From the NCBI GenBank assembly GCA_035390665.1, contig DAOOUC010000003.1, positions 30,001 to 62,000 of the forward strand: DNA of 32,000 nucleotides, given 5' to 3'. Below are positions 9,643 to 17,885 of the stretch, in pieces (the stretch's first letter is position 1; each line of letters begins with the position of its first letter). Source of the DNA: an archaeon (GTDB lineage Archaea; Iainarchaeota; Iainarchaeia; Iainarchaeales; CSSED10-239). The position numbers and the translations under genes were made by a program. A model generated the notes under the pieces. That model was given only the letters and a program-made list of their open reading frames with translations, was not told the origin of the DNA and did not search any database.

Positions 9643-11058
9643 TTATATAAACAATAAAACTTCTAAACCAAGAGTACCAAGCGCTACAAGAAGGGTGATA
9701 CCCGTAATCAGTACTCCATATTTTACAAAATCTAGAAAAGATAAAGTAAAATCCTTACTTTTTAATATTCCAAGCCACATAATTCCTGCAAGAGCACCAA
9801 TAGGAGTGATGTTTGCCCCAAGATTAGAACCAATTACAACAGCTAAAGCCACAAAAAATTGAAGTGCTCCAGATAATGGTGTGATTATTGAAACAAAAGC
9901 AACACTCATTGGAATATTATTTAAAATATTGGCTGATAATGCTGAACCAAAACCATAAACAAAAATATTGAGAATTATATCTGTTCCAATTAAATTCTTA
10001 ATAAATAATCCAATCGCTTGTGTTATTCCATAAATGTTTAGTGCATAAACTGTAATAAAAAGAGAAAGAACAAATGGAATAACTGTCCACGGAATTTTTT
10101 GAAGAGTAGAGTTAGCTGTTGTATGTTCTAAATGTTTGTCCAAGTTTTCGTGTATTTTTTCTTTATCTTTATATTTTTTTAAAATTATTTTTATTAAGTC
10201 TCTTATTATTATAAAAAATAAAAGCATTGCAGCAAAAATTAAAGAAACTGCCCACATACTTAGTTTTAATTTCGGAGCAATTGCAAGTAAAATAATACAT
10301 AAAATCAACGATATTAATCCAACGATTGCACCAAATTTATCTTTAATAGAATCTATTGGTCTACCAACATCTATTACTTCTATTTCTTTATTTATTTCTT
10401 TTTTAAAAATTAAATATAATAATATAAAGTTAGTAATTCCTGCTAATATTGTTGGGAAAAACATCCATTTTAGATAATTATCAAAACTTATATTAAATGC
10501 AGTTGCTATTAAAATATTTGTAGGATTACCAATATAAAGCATCATACTCCATGTATTTGCTGCAAAAAATTCAGCAATCAGAAAAGGTAAAGGATTAATT
10601 TTTGCATTCTTTGCAAAGTAGTAAATAAATGGTGTAAATGTAAGAATAATAATATCATTAGAAGTAAAAATTGTAAGAATTGAAACAGTTACATATAGTG
10701 CTATAAATAATTTTGTTCCACTTTTCCCTGCAATCTTTAATGCTAGTTTTGCACAATATTCAAAAAAGCCTGTGATGTCTAAAAATATGCTAATAAAAAC
10801 CATTGATAAAAATAAAATCAATATACCTAGTGGTTGCAATTGAGCTGTGCCTTTAAGCCCAGTTCTTAAATCAGCATATGTAAGAAATTTAAATAAAACA
10901 ATTAATATTGGCGCAAGCATTGCTCCAAAGAAATAACTTTCAATTTTATATTCTTTATTTGCAATTTTAAAATTAAAATGTGGTTTTTTAAGAACAAGAT
11001 AAATTGTTAAAACTGTACTTAAAAGAAAAATTAGAATTAATAATAAAATATTAACCAT
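9643..11058 (-). CDS. ArsB/NhaD (ion transporter superfamily)-like anion/cation transporter
   Basis: 471 aa polytopic protein; TSNDIIILTFTPFIYYFAK and FFAANTWSMMLYIGNPTNILIA...FDNYLKWMFFPT resemble the ArsB/IT-superfamily motifs; second-half NIPMSVAFVSI...GSNLGANITPIGALAGIMWLGIL. Confidence 0.8.
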   Translation of the reverse strand: MVNILLLILIFLLSTVLTIYLVLKKPHFNFKIANKEYKIESYFFGAMLAPILIVLFKFLTYADLRTGLKGTAQLQPLGILILFLSMVFISIFLDITGFFEYCAKLALKIAGKSGTKLFIALYVTVSILTIFTSNDIIILTFTPFIYYFAKNAKINPLPFLIAEFFAANTWSMMLYIGNPTNILIATAFNISFDNYLKWMFFPTILAGITNFILLYLIFKKEINKEIEVIDVGRPIDSIKDKFGAIVGLISLILCIILLAIAPKLKLSMWAVSLIFAAMLLFFIIIRDLIKIILKKYKDKEKIHENLDKHLEHTTANSTLQKIPWTVIPFVLSLFITVYALNIYGITQAIGLFIKNLIGTDIILNIFVYGFGSALSANILNNIPMSVAFVSIITPLSGALQFFVALAVVIGSNLGANITPIGALAGIMWLGILKSKDFTLSFLDFVKYGVLITGITLLVALGTLGLEVLLFI

Positions 11059-11082
11059 TTATAATCTTCTTTTTGTTTTTAA

Positions 11083-11157
11083 TGCTCGGAACGGGATTCG
11101 GACCCGTGTTACCAGAGTGAGAGTCTGATGTGCTTGACCGGGCTACACTATCCGAGC
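11083..11157 (-). tRNA. tRNA-Glu (anticodon CTC)
   Basis: Manual fold: acceptor GCTCGGA/TCCGAGC, D-stem GTGT/GCAC, anticodon arm TCAGA-CTCTCAC-TCTGG, T-arm ACGGG-TCCGAAT-CCCGT, discriminator A. Confidence 0.93.
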
Positions 11158-11168
11158 AAATTATTAAG

Positions 11169-11241
11169 TGCTTCGAGGCGGATTCGGACCGCCGATTTCC
11201 AGATTATGAGTCTGGCGTTCTAACCGCTAAACCACCGAAGC
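11169..11241 (-). tRNA. tRNA with anticodon CAT (elongator Met, or Ile2 if C34 is modified)
   Basis: Manual fold: acceptor GCTTCGG/TCGAAGC (one G-U), D-stem GTTT/GAAC, anticodon arm CCAGA-CTCATAA-TCTGG, T-arm GGCGG-TCCGAAT-CCGCC. Lacks the GGG/CCC anticodon stem of initiator tRNA. Confidence 0.9.
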
Positions 11242-11300
11242 AAAAAAATAGGTTTCTCACTATAAAATTTAAGTACAAAAATATATATAAATGATTTGAT

Positions 11301-11978
11301 TTATTCCTTTATTGCAACAATTCTATAAATATCTGAATCTCTTAAATGTGTAGTGTAGAGGCTTCTAAATTCTGGAGGCATTTTGGTAATATCTACTTTT
11401 TCTTCTTTAACATATAAAAATTTACTTTTATTTATAGCTGTTTTTAAATTAAACCCAAAATAGGTATTTATTCTATTTCGATCTATAAAGTAATATGCAA
11501 TAAATTTTCCTTTTGGTTTTAATTTATTATAAATTAAATTGATAACATCAATAGTATATTTTTCTGCTTCTGTATAAACATTAACTGCGTTTACTTTGTA
11601 TGCTGCCACTGCTTTTTTTTTAAGATTTCTAGTAGTTACTCTTTGATCATAATATCCAACAGCAAAATCACTTGTAATAATATCCAAATGATTATCTGGA
11701 AAATCTAATAATCCTTTCATAAAATTCTCTTGTAATTGAATTAAATTTTTAGGTTTATCTAATTTTAGTCTTGATTCTCTTAATTTATGTATTTGTGTGT
11801 CTTCTAAAACACTTGGATGATGAACTCTTGAATTAGTTATTTTTTTCAAATCTATTCCATAAAATTGTATGTCAGGACACATATGTGCCAATCTTTTAGA
11901 TCGATATGCTTTATCTTCTCCAACATTACCTAAATGAAGTATTTTTCTTTTTGGTTTAGGTGGTTGCTTTATTGGCAT
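11301..11978 (-). CDS. Class I SAM-dependent methyltransferase-like protein
   Basis: 225 aa; KILHLGNVGEDKAY (motif I-like), IQFYGIDLKKI (motif II-like), DIITSDFAVGYY, YNKLKPKGKFIAYYFIDR (post-motif IV-like). Confidence 0.55.
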   Translation of the reverse strand: MPIKQPPKPKRKILHLGNVGEDKAYRSKRLAHMCPDIQFYGIDLKKITNSRVHHPSVLEDTQIHKLRESRLKLDKPKNLIQLQENFMKGLLDFPDNHLDIITSDFAVGYYDQRVTTRNLKKKAVAAYKVNAVNVYTEAEKYTIDVINLIYNKLKPKGKFIAYYFIDRNRINTYFGFNLKTAINKSKFLYVKEEKVDITKMPPEFRSLYTTHLRDSDIYRIVAIKE

Positions 11979-11991
11979 AATTTAATCAGAA

Positions 11992-12660
11992 TTAATTTCG
12001 TCTCATTTTTATGTTGATTTCATCTTTACTATTATTTACAAAAAAAGTATCACATAGTCCTAAGAAAACTCCTGTTTCTAAAACGCCAGGTATGTTTCTT
12101 ACAGAGTATTCAAAATCATCTAAACTAATATTTTTGTCTATTGTAATTCTTGCTAAATAATGTCCTGTTTCAGTTTTAATAAAATTATCGTCTGTATCTT
12201 TAACAACTCTTGCAAGACCATAGCTTTGAAGATTTAAGATTGTTCTTTCCCAAGCAAAAGAACTTATTTCTACATATGCGTCCTTGTCTATTTTTTCTAC
12301 AAAATCATAATCATTAACAACTACTATTAAATTTAAAGCAGATTGAGCAATCATTTTATCTCTTATAAAAGATCTTGTGTCACTTTTTAAAAAATTATTA
12401 AAATTATCCGCTTGTGAACAAAACTCTATTGCCACATCTATTTCTTTATCACTTAGAGAAATAACAGATTGACCAAGAGAATGAAGTTGAGCCGCTTGTT
12501 TTGCAGTGGTTGGTACAAAATAGACTTTTTTTTTATTAATCAATAATATTTTTATTAATTCATCAACAAACTCATTATCTTTTTCAGAAGTACCAACAGC
12601 AACAATTGCTTCATGTTTTATAAACTTCTCAAAAGCCATTGCAATTTTTGGAATATTCAT
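11992..12660 (-). CDS. Ribose-5-phosphate isomerase A-like protein with degenerate active-site motifs
   Basis: 222 aa; collinear with RpiA throughout (FEKFIKHEAIVAVGTSEKDNEFVDEL; VYFVPTTAKQAAQLHSLGQSV; IDVAIEFCSQADNFNNFLK...FIRDKMIAQSA; YVEISSFAWERT) but several catalytic and phosphate-loop residues are replaced. Confidence 0.65.
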   Translation of the reverse strand: MNIPKIAMAFEKFIKHEAIVAVGTSEKDNEFVDELIKILLINKKKVYFVPTTAKQAAQLHSLGQSVISLSDKEIDVAIEFCSQADNFNNFLKSDTRSFIRDKMIAQSALNLIVVVNDYDFVEKIDKDAYVEISSFAWERTILNLQSYGLARVVKDTDDNFIKTETGHYLARITIDKNISLDDFEYSVRNIPGVLETGVFLGLCDTFFVNNSKDEINIKMRRN

Positions 12661-12694
12661 CTAATCACTTCAATTATATTAAACTATAATGCTC

Positions 12695-12703
12695 TTTATA
12701 TAT
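12695..12703. promoter_or_regulatory. Near-symmetric TATA element, possible bidirectional promoter (C/D sRNA on +, RpiA-like gene on -)
   Basis: TTTATATAT (+) / ATATATAAA (-); about 25 nt upstream of the sRNA 5' stem on + and about 40 nt upstream of the start codon on -. Confidence 0.45.
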
Positions 12704-12720
12704 TTTTCCTTTCAAGTAAT

Positions 12721-12796
12721 ATTTAAGACAGATGATGATAATGAACACCTGCTGAAATTCTTGTGATGACAAAATGGGCGGGCTGATGTCTTAAAT
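12721..12796 (+). ncRNA. C/D box sRNA (2'-O-methylation guide)
   Basis: ATTTAAGACA...TGTCTTAAAT perfect 10-bp terminal stem; C box ATGATGA (12732-12738), 13-nt guide, D' CTGA (12752-12755), 7-nt linker, C' GTGATGA (12763-12769), 13-nt guide, D CTGA (12783-12786). Confidence 0.92.
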
Positions 12797-12803
12797 TAAT
12801 TGC

Positions 12804-13124
12804 TTACTTCTTTTTCTTTCTCTTGTACTTGGTTATTGGATATGCTGTCTTAGATTTTGATTTTTCTTTTTTCTTAGGTATTATTTTTCTTGTTTTTTCT
12901 ACAACAATTATTTCTTTTTTTGTTGTATTGTTTTCATTTTTATTTTGTTCTAATCTACTTATTCTTTTGTTTAAAACATCAAGTTTAGAAGAAACAATTT
13001 CATTATTTGCATCTCCTAATGGCAATCTGTTTTCTTTAGTTTTTTTATCTAAAAAATACAAAAGAATATTTCCTATTGCAAATACTGCGATTGCAATTAA
13101 TAATATTATTGTTAAAGTTTCCAT
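12804..13124 (-). CDS. Small membrane-anchored protein: N-terminal TM helix, coiled coil, basic C-terminal tail
   Basis: 106 aa; TM segment TLTIILLIAIAVFAIGNILLYFL, coiled-coil-like EIVSSKLDVLNKRISRLEQNKNE, tail KKKEKSKSKTAYPITKYKRKKKK. Confidence 0.65.
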   Translation of the reverse strand: METLTIILLIAIAVFAIGNILLYFLDKKTKENRLPLGDANNEIVSSKLDVLNKRISRLEQNKNENNTTKKEIIVVEKTRKIIPKKKEKSKSKTAYPITKYKRKKKK

Positions 13125-13143
13125 AATTTTTCAGTTCTCCTTA

Positions 13144-13956
13144 TTATACTAAACAATATACATTTTTTCTTTTTTCTATAATTGCTCCTTCTTCTTTTAG
13201 AAATTCTATTGTTATCTTTAAAAGCTCTGTATCTTTGTTAAGTTTCTTAGAAAGGTCTTCAATTGAGAAGTTCTTATCAAGATCACTTGAAAGTATTTGC
13301 TTTCTTGTTGTACTGTACAGAAACATATCAATGACATAGAAATATCCATCAAATGATTTTTGCCCCTTTATTTCATCATTTTTAAATTTAGAGTAAAATT
13401 CTTTTGAAAATTTATCTGCAGTTACTACGGATTTAATAATTGTATATTTCTTTTTAAGAAAATCTTTAATTATTGTATCTGCATTTTCTTCTATTATTTT
13501 TGGTTTTTGTAAATTTTCTGATTTAATTGGTTGTTCTGTTGTTCTTTGATCATTTACTATATAAATTGCTTTCTTGTATTTCTCTGATTGTTTGAATGTA
13601 ATTATTTCCTTTTCTTTTAACATTTCTTTAAATATCTCCAAATCTTCCTTTTTTAAAAGATTTTCAAAATTTCCTTCAACTTTGTCTTTAAATGATAGTT
13701 CTTTATCTTGAAGTATATCTATTATCTTTTTTTTAATTGTGTCTTTAGAAATTGTTGACTTAATAACTTGTTTATCTTGTACAACAGAATCGGTTACACT
13801 TAATTCGCGCATATTAGTTTTAATAGAAAAAGCAATTGCTTGAGAATTAATAATTTTTATTTCAAGTTCTTTATTTGTATAATTATCTAATTCTTGAGAT
13901 TCTTTATCATTATTGAAATTTAAAAAATAAGTTTGATTTTTTTTTACAATTTTCAT
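13144..13956 (-). CDS. Uncharacterised charged protein, possible C-terminal winged-helix-like segment
   Basis: 270 aa ORF with no stop; C-terminal DLDKNFSIEDLSKKLNKDTELLKITIEFLKEEGAIIEKRKNVYCLV reads like a helix-turn-helix plus wing. Confidence 0.6.
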   Translation of the reverse strand: MKIVKKNQTYFLNFNNDKESQELDNYTNKELEIKIINSQAIAFSIKTNMRELSVTDSVVQDKQVIKSTISKDTIKKKIIDILQDKELSFKDKVEGNFENLLKKEDLEIFKEMLKEKEIITFKQSEKYKKAIYIVNDQRTTEQPIKSENLQKPKIIEENADTIIKDFLKKKYTIIKSVVTADKFSKEFYSKFKNDEIKGQKSFDGYFYVIDMFLYSTTRKQILSSDLDKNFSIEDLSKKLNKDTELLKITIEFLKEEGAIIEKRKNVYCLV

Positions 13957-14035
13957 GGTGTCTCTCTGATATATTATATTATAAAATAATATAAAAATCT
14001 ATTCATTTATTATTTATATTAAAATAAAGATAATT

Positions 14036-15025
14036 ATGGCTAATCTAAACTTTCATATAGTATTTGAGAAATCTAAAGATTCAAAGATTGAATTTACTTC
14101 AAATAAAACCGGAAATGTAAATTCTGTAATTATAACTGTTAGAGGAGACTTTGAATTATATAAAAAAATGGAAGTATTAAAAAGAAATTTCTTAGAACCA
14201 TTATTACATAAAATATATTTAGAAGAGAATGAATTATTTTTTGCAAAACTAAGAAGTGTTTATGCACAGGACAAACCTGATGAAAACAATGAATTGCCTG
14301 GAATCGAAGAAGCAAAATATAAATTAGAATATTTTTTTGAAAATCCTAGAGTCTATGAATATCTTTCTAAAATTTCAATGATAGAAAGACAAAAAATAAT
14401 TTCTAAAATAAGTAAATATAATCCTACAGAATTATTAAAATTTTTACAAATTACTATAGCAAATGCAAATATTAAAAATCCAAGAAAGTTATCTACGCTT
14501 GTAGAAGAAATACCAAAAAAGAAATTACTTAAGACAATACATGTTTCAAGATCTATTTCAGAAAAAGATGTTTGCCAGCAAACGTATGGTGGTTTTTTAA
14601 GAGCATTAAAAACAAACACACTATATCATATAACTGCAGAAATAAATGGAAGACCAAAAGCATTATTTGTTAAAACGCCTATAGGCGAATTACCACAAAA
14701 TAATCAATATTCTAATGATCCTTTGCTATTGGGTGGATATAACACTCTTGCAATTGATGCAGAAAATCTTAATGTTTATTCATTTAAAACCAATGAATTA
14801 GGAAAATTAGATCAATCTAGTTTAAAATTAGTAATGGATTATAAAAATCTAGAATCTTATCTAAAAGAAGAACGTAGATTTCTGGCTCCAAAAGTAAGAG
14901 AATTAGCTAAAAGATTTCAAAAAGAATTACATGAATTCCTAGATAGAAGATATCATCGAAATAATATTCCTGGAGTTCAAAGAATTAAAAAGACTCATGA
15001 AAGATTTAGAGTTAAACCAAAATAA
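14036..15025 (+). CDS. Uncharacterised protein with C-terminal basic region; shares a segment with the 24553 and 25154 ORFs
   Basis: 329 aa; FLRALKTNTLYHITAEINGRPKALFVKTPIGE...LAIDAENLNVYSFKTNELG and basic tail RRYHRNNIPGVQRIKKTHERFRVKPK. Confidence 0.7.
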   Translation: MANLNFHIVFEKSKDSKIEFTSNKTGNVNSVIITVRGDFELYKKMEVLKRNFLEPLLHKIYLEENELFFAKLRSVYAQDKPDENNELPGIEEAKYKLEYFFENPRVYEYLSKISMIERQKIISKISKYNPTELLKFLQITIANANIKNPRKLSTLVEEIPKKKLLKTIHVSRSISEKDVCQQTYGGFLRALKTNTLYHITAEINGRPKALFVKTPIGELPQNNQYSNDPLLLGGYNTLAIDAENLNVYSFKTNELGKLDQSSLKLVMDYKNLESYLKEERRFLAPKVRELAKRFQKELHEFLDRRYHRNNIPGVQRIKKTHERFRVKPK

Positions 15026-15026
15026 A

Positions 15027-15698
15027 CTATTTTAATTTAAGTAAATATTCATCAATTTCTTCAAAAGAAACAGAACAACCATTAAATTTTAAAGCATATA
15101 GTGCAGATTTTAGATATTCTTTGTTCTTTATACTATTCTTTAACATTCCTCTTTCATAAGCAAAAGAAAGAAGATCAACTGACCTAATTACCGAAACGTC
15201 TCCAAGCATTGATTTAAATTTATTATATTTTTCTTTATTAAGTTCAATATCTCTACTGTGGTGTTTTCTTTTTAATATTTCTAATAAAGCATTAGGATCT
15301 TCAATTAACATCCTTGTTGTTCTTTCCTCAATTGCAAGACAGTTTGCTTTTGTTAGTGATAACAATGCCAAACATTCTGCTTCTCCAAAATCTACAATAT
15401 GAAGAGGTCTTCCACTTATATAAAAAATACTATTTGTAAGATTAAGAATTTCTTTAGTTTTATCATCTAGTTGTTTATCACTTGGTTGAATAGTAAACAC
15501 AAAATCATTAAGTTGATCATTTATTCTTAAAGAGCTTAATTTAAATTTCATATTATTTCTTACTCTATCAATACATTCGTATTTTACTCCTGTTGTTATA
15601 AGAAATTCCCCTATATCTCCTTTAATTTCAGAAAATAAAGGCAATAAACAAGTTTGTGAGAATCCAATTAACACACCTGTATCAAAAACTATTTTCAT
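15027..15698 (-). CDS. PIN-domain-like nuclease
   Basis: 223 aa; KIVFDTGVLIGFS (first acidic residue), HIVDFGEAECLALLSLTKANCLAIEERTTRMLIE (GE plus E/D-x-x-T/A-R arrangement). Confidence 0.7.
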   Translation of the reverse strand: MKIVFDTGVLIGFSQTCLLPLFSEIKGDIGEFLITTGVKYECIDRVRNNMKFKLSSLRINDQLNDFVFTIQPSDKQLDDKTKEILNLTNSIFYISGRPLHIVDFGEAECLALLSLTKANCLAIEERTTRMLIEDPNALLEILKRKHHSRDIELNKEKYNKFKSMLGDVSVIRSVDLLSFAYERGMLKNSIKNKEYLKSALYALKFNGCSVSFEEIDEYLLKLK

Positions 15699-16528
15699 TT
15701 CTTTTGCACCTTTTTTTCTTTATTTTCAGGAATATTCTTTTTTAGAAAATCTATTCTTTCAAACATAGTTTTACTTTTTATGTCTTCATCTGAAATCTTT
15801 GTTTGACCAATTAATTCCATTACTTGATCTTTATTTGCAGATAATAAATTTGACGCTTGAGATAAAGACAAACCATAAGCATAAGCACTAGATGCTAACT
15901 TTGTTCTTGCATTAAAAACAATATCGTGTATAAAATGTCCAAGTAATTGGTCTGTTTTTTCTATAGAATTTTCTATCTCTTTTATTTTTTTATTATATTC
16001 GTCTTTATTTTCTTTTTTACTTAATTCTATAGCTAATTGCAAATCATTTATTGTTTTTTCTCTAAATCCTTTCCAATTTGGGCTATTAAATATGTGTTTT
16101 TTAGATAATAATTTTCTAAAAGAATAAGCAATTATTGCAAGTTCTGCAATATCTGTTCTATATTCAATTATTGCTTCTTCTAAAGTTTTTTCATCAATTC
16201 TATGTAATATTTCTAAATCATTTGCTCTAAATTGTTCTAATATACCAGAAATTATTTTTTCTGAATTTTTAAAATCAATTTTAGAAATATAATTATCAAT
16301 TTTATTTGTGTTATTATTTTGAGAAACAGCAGAATTTATGTTTCCTTTTGCCTGAACATTTAAATTTGTAAATTTATTAAACCTCTGTTTATTCGTATCA
16401 TCCCATTGATGATTAAAATTTGGTTTTGTTCTTCTTGCATTAATGAAAGAAACATTTTCTCCTTGAGTATTAGAATTGTGATTTATTTTGTGTTTTCCTG
16501 CAGAAAATTTTGATTTTCTTCTATGCAT
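15695..16528 (-). CDS. Uncharacterised protein translationally coupled to the PIN gene (antitoxin-like or partner)
   Basis: 277 aa; 4-bp overlap with the PIN ORF; C-terminal LASSAYAYGLSLSQASNLLSANKDQVMELIGQTKISDED resembles small HTH-like segments seen in PIN partners. Confidence 0.6.
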   Translation of the reverse strand: MHRRKSKFSAGKHKINHNSNTQGENVSFINARRTKPNFNHQWDDTNKQRFNKFTNLNVQAKGNINSAVSQNNNTNKIDNYISKIDFKNSEKIISGILEQFRANDLEILHRIDEKTLEEAIIEYRTDIAELAIIAYSFRKLLSKKHIFNSPNWKGFREKTINDLQLAIELSKKENKDEYNKKIKEIENSIEKTDQLLGHFIHDIVFNARTKLASSAYAYGLSLSQASNLLSANKDQVMELIGQTKISDEDIKSKTMFERIDFLKKNIPENKEKKVQKK

Positions 16529-16639
16529 CTTTTCTCCATTTTAATTTGTTGTTCATAAATATATAAATCAAATAGGTTTATATATGTTTTTTTTATATAA
16601 TATATTACATTATATTACATAAGAATTGAGGGATTACAA

Positions 16640-17152
16640 ATGGGACTATATGATGAAAAGATTGAAAACTTAAGCAAAATAAGAAAAGACAAATTATACA
16701 TACTAATTGGATTAAGTATTTTTATTGCAATAATAATTATGGTATTTTTAATAATAGCAATAGATTGGTCAAAAATAGAATCTGGATTAAAAGGAAGTAA
16801 TCTTTCTGTTAAATTTAGTAAAAATCCATTTAATGTAACTAAAGATACAGATCTAAAAATTAATATAACAATAAAAAATAATAGTGACTTTGACTCAGAA
16901 AATGCAAGTATTGCTATATATCCTGTTGAACAAATATTTTTTGTAACCTGTGATAGTTCAGAAACAGGAAATAATAAAGTAACTGTTCCAATATTTGCTA
17001 AAGATGCTTCTAGAACAATAGAATGTAATCTTAAAATATCTCCTACAATTACAGAAGCAGATATACTTGCAGGAACTTATGGTTTTGATGTAGTTTATTC
17101 CCTTAATTCAGAAGAATATGAGAAAAGAGCAATTTTAACTTTAAAAAAATAA
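16640..17152 (+). CDS. Single-pass membrane protein with Ig-like/CARDB-like extracellular domain
   Basis: 170 aa; TM LYILIGLSIFIAIIIMVFLIIAI, then beta-rich KINITIKNNSDFDSENASIAIYP...TIECNLKISPTITEADILAGTYGFDVVYSL. Confidence 0.65.
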   Translation: MGLYDEKIENLSKIRKDKLYILIGLSIFIAIIIMVFLIIAIDWSKIESGLKGSNLSVKFSKNPFNVTKDTDLKINITIKNNSDFDSENASIAIYPVEQIFFVTCDSSETGNNKVTVPIFAKDASRTIECNLKISPTITEADILAGTYGFDVVYSLNSEEYEKRAILTLKK

Positions 17153-17165
17153 ATGAGGAAAAATA

Positions 17166-17885
17166 ATGTTAAATAATTTATTAAATGGATTTAAAGTTTT
17201 TGTAAATAAAAAAACCCCACTTATTGTTTTATTATTTGCTTTTTCTTTCTTTGGACTCAATTATCTATCTAATGTTTTATTTGAAGAATTAGCAATAGGT
17301 ATTAGTCTTAAAGAATATCCTTCTTTTCTTGTAAATTACTATAGATTTGATTTATTTTGGTTTATCTTAGCAATGATTGGTTTATTCTTTTTATCTAATT
17401 TAGGAATATATTTAATTGCAAACAGTATTACAAAATCAAATAAAAAAATAAAGACAGATGTCTTTAATTGTTTAACATATACTATTTTAACAGCTATCTT
17501 CTTTTTATTTATTGGATTAATAGGATATTTTTCTGTTTTGCCAAGTGGCTATTTTTCTATAATAATGTTAATTATTTTAGGAATAATCGCTCTTGTTGTT
17601 TCTTTTATAACTTTCTTTGGTATTTTGTTTCTTCCAGTATCAAATACTATCAAAGATAGTTTAAGAAATTCCTGGGGATTTATTAAAAAAAGATTTTGGG
17701 CAATTGTTTTAATGATAATTATTCTTGGAATAATAAATGTAGCAATTAGTTATGCATTTGAAATTATTTATACAAGAATAAAAGATTCAGAAATAATTAG
17801 TTTAATACTATTTATATTTACAAATACTATAATAACAATGTATACTACAAGTGTTTTTTCTTCATTTATTAAGAAGAAAAAATAA
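17166..17885 (+). CDS. Polytopic membrane protein, uncharacterised
   Basis: 239 aa with about 6 hydrophobic segments; 13 bp downstream of the 16640 ORF, same strand. Confidence 0.65.
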   Translation: MLNNLLNGFKVFVNKKTPLIVLLFAFSFFGLNYLSNVLFEELAIGISLKEYPSFLVNYYRFDLFWFILAMIGLFFLSNLGIYLIANSITKSNKKIKTDVFNCLTYTILTAIFFLFIGLIGYFSVLPSGYFSIIMLIILGIIALVVSFITFFGILFLPVSNTIKDSLRNSWGFIKKRFWAIVLMIIILGIINVAISYAFEIIYTRIKDSEIISLILFIFTNTIITMYTTSVFSSFIKKKK

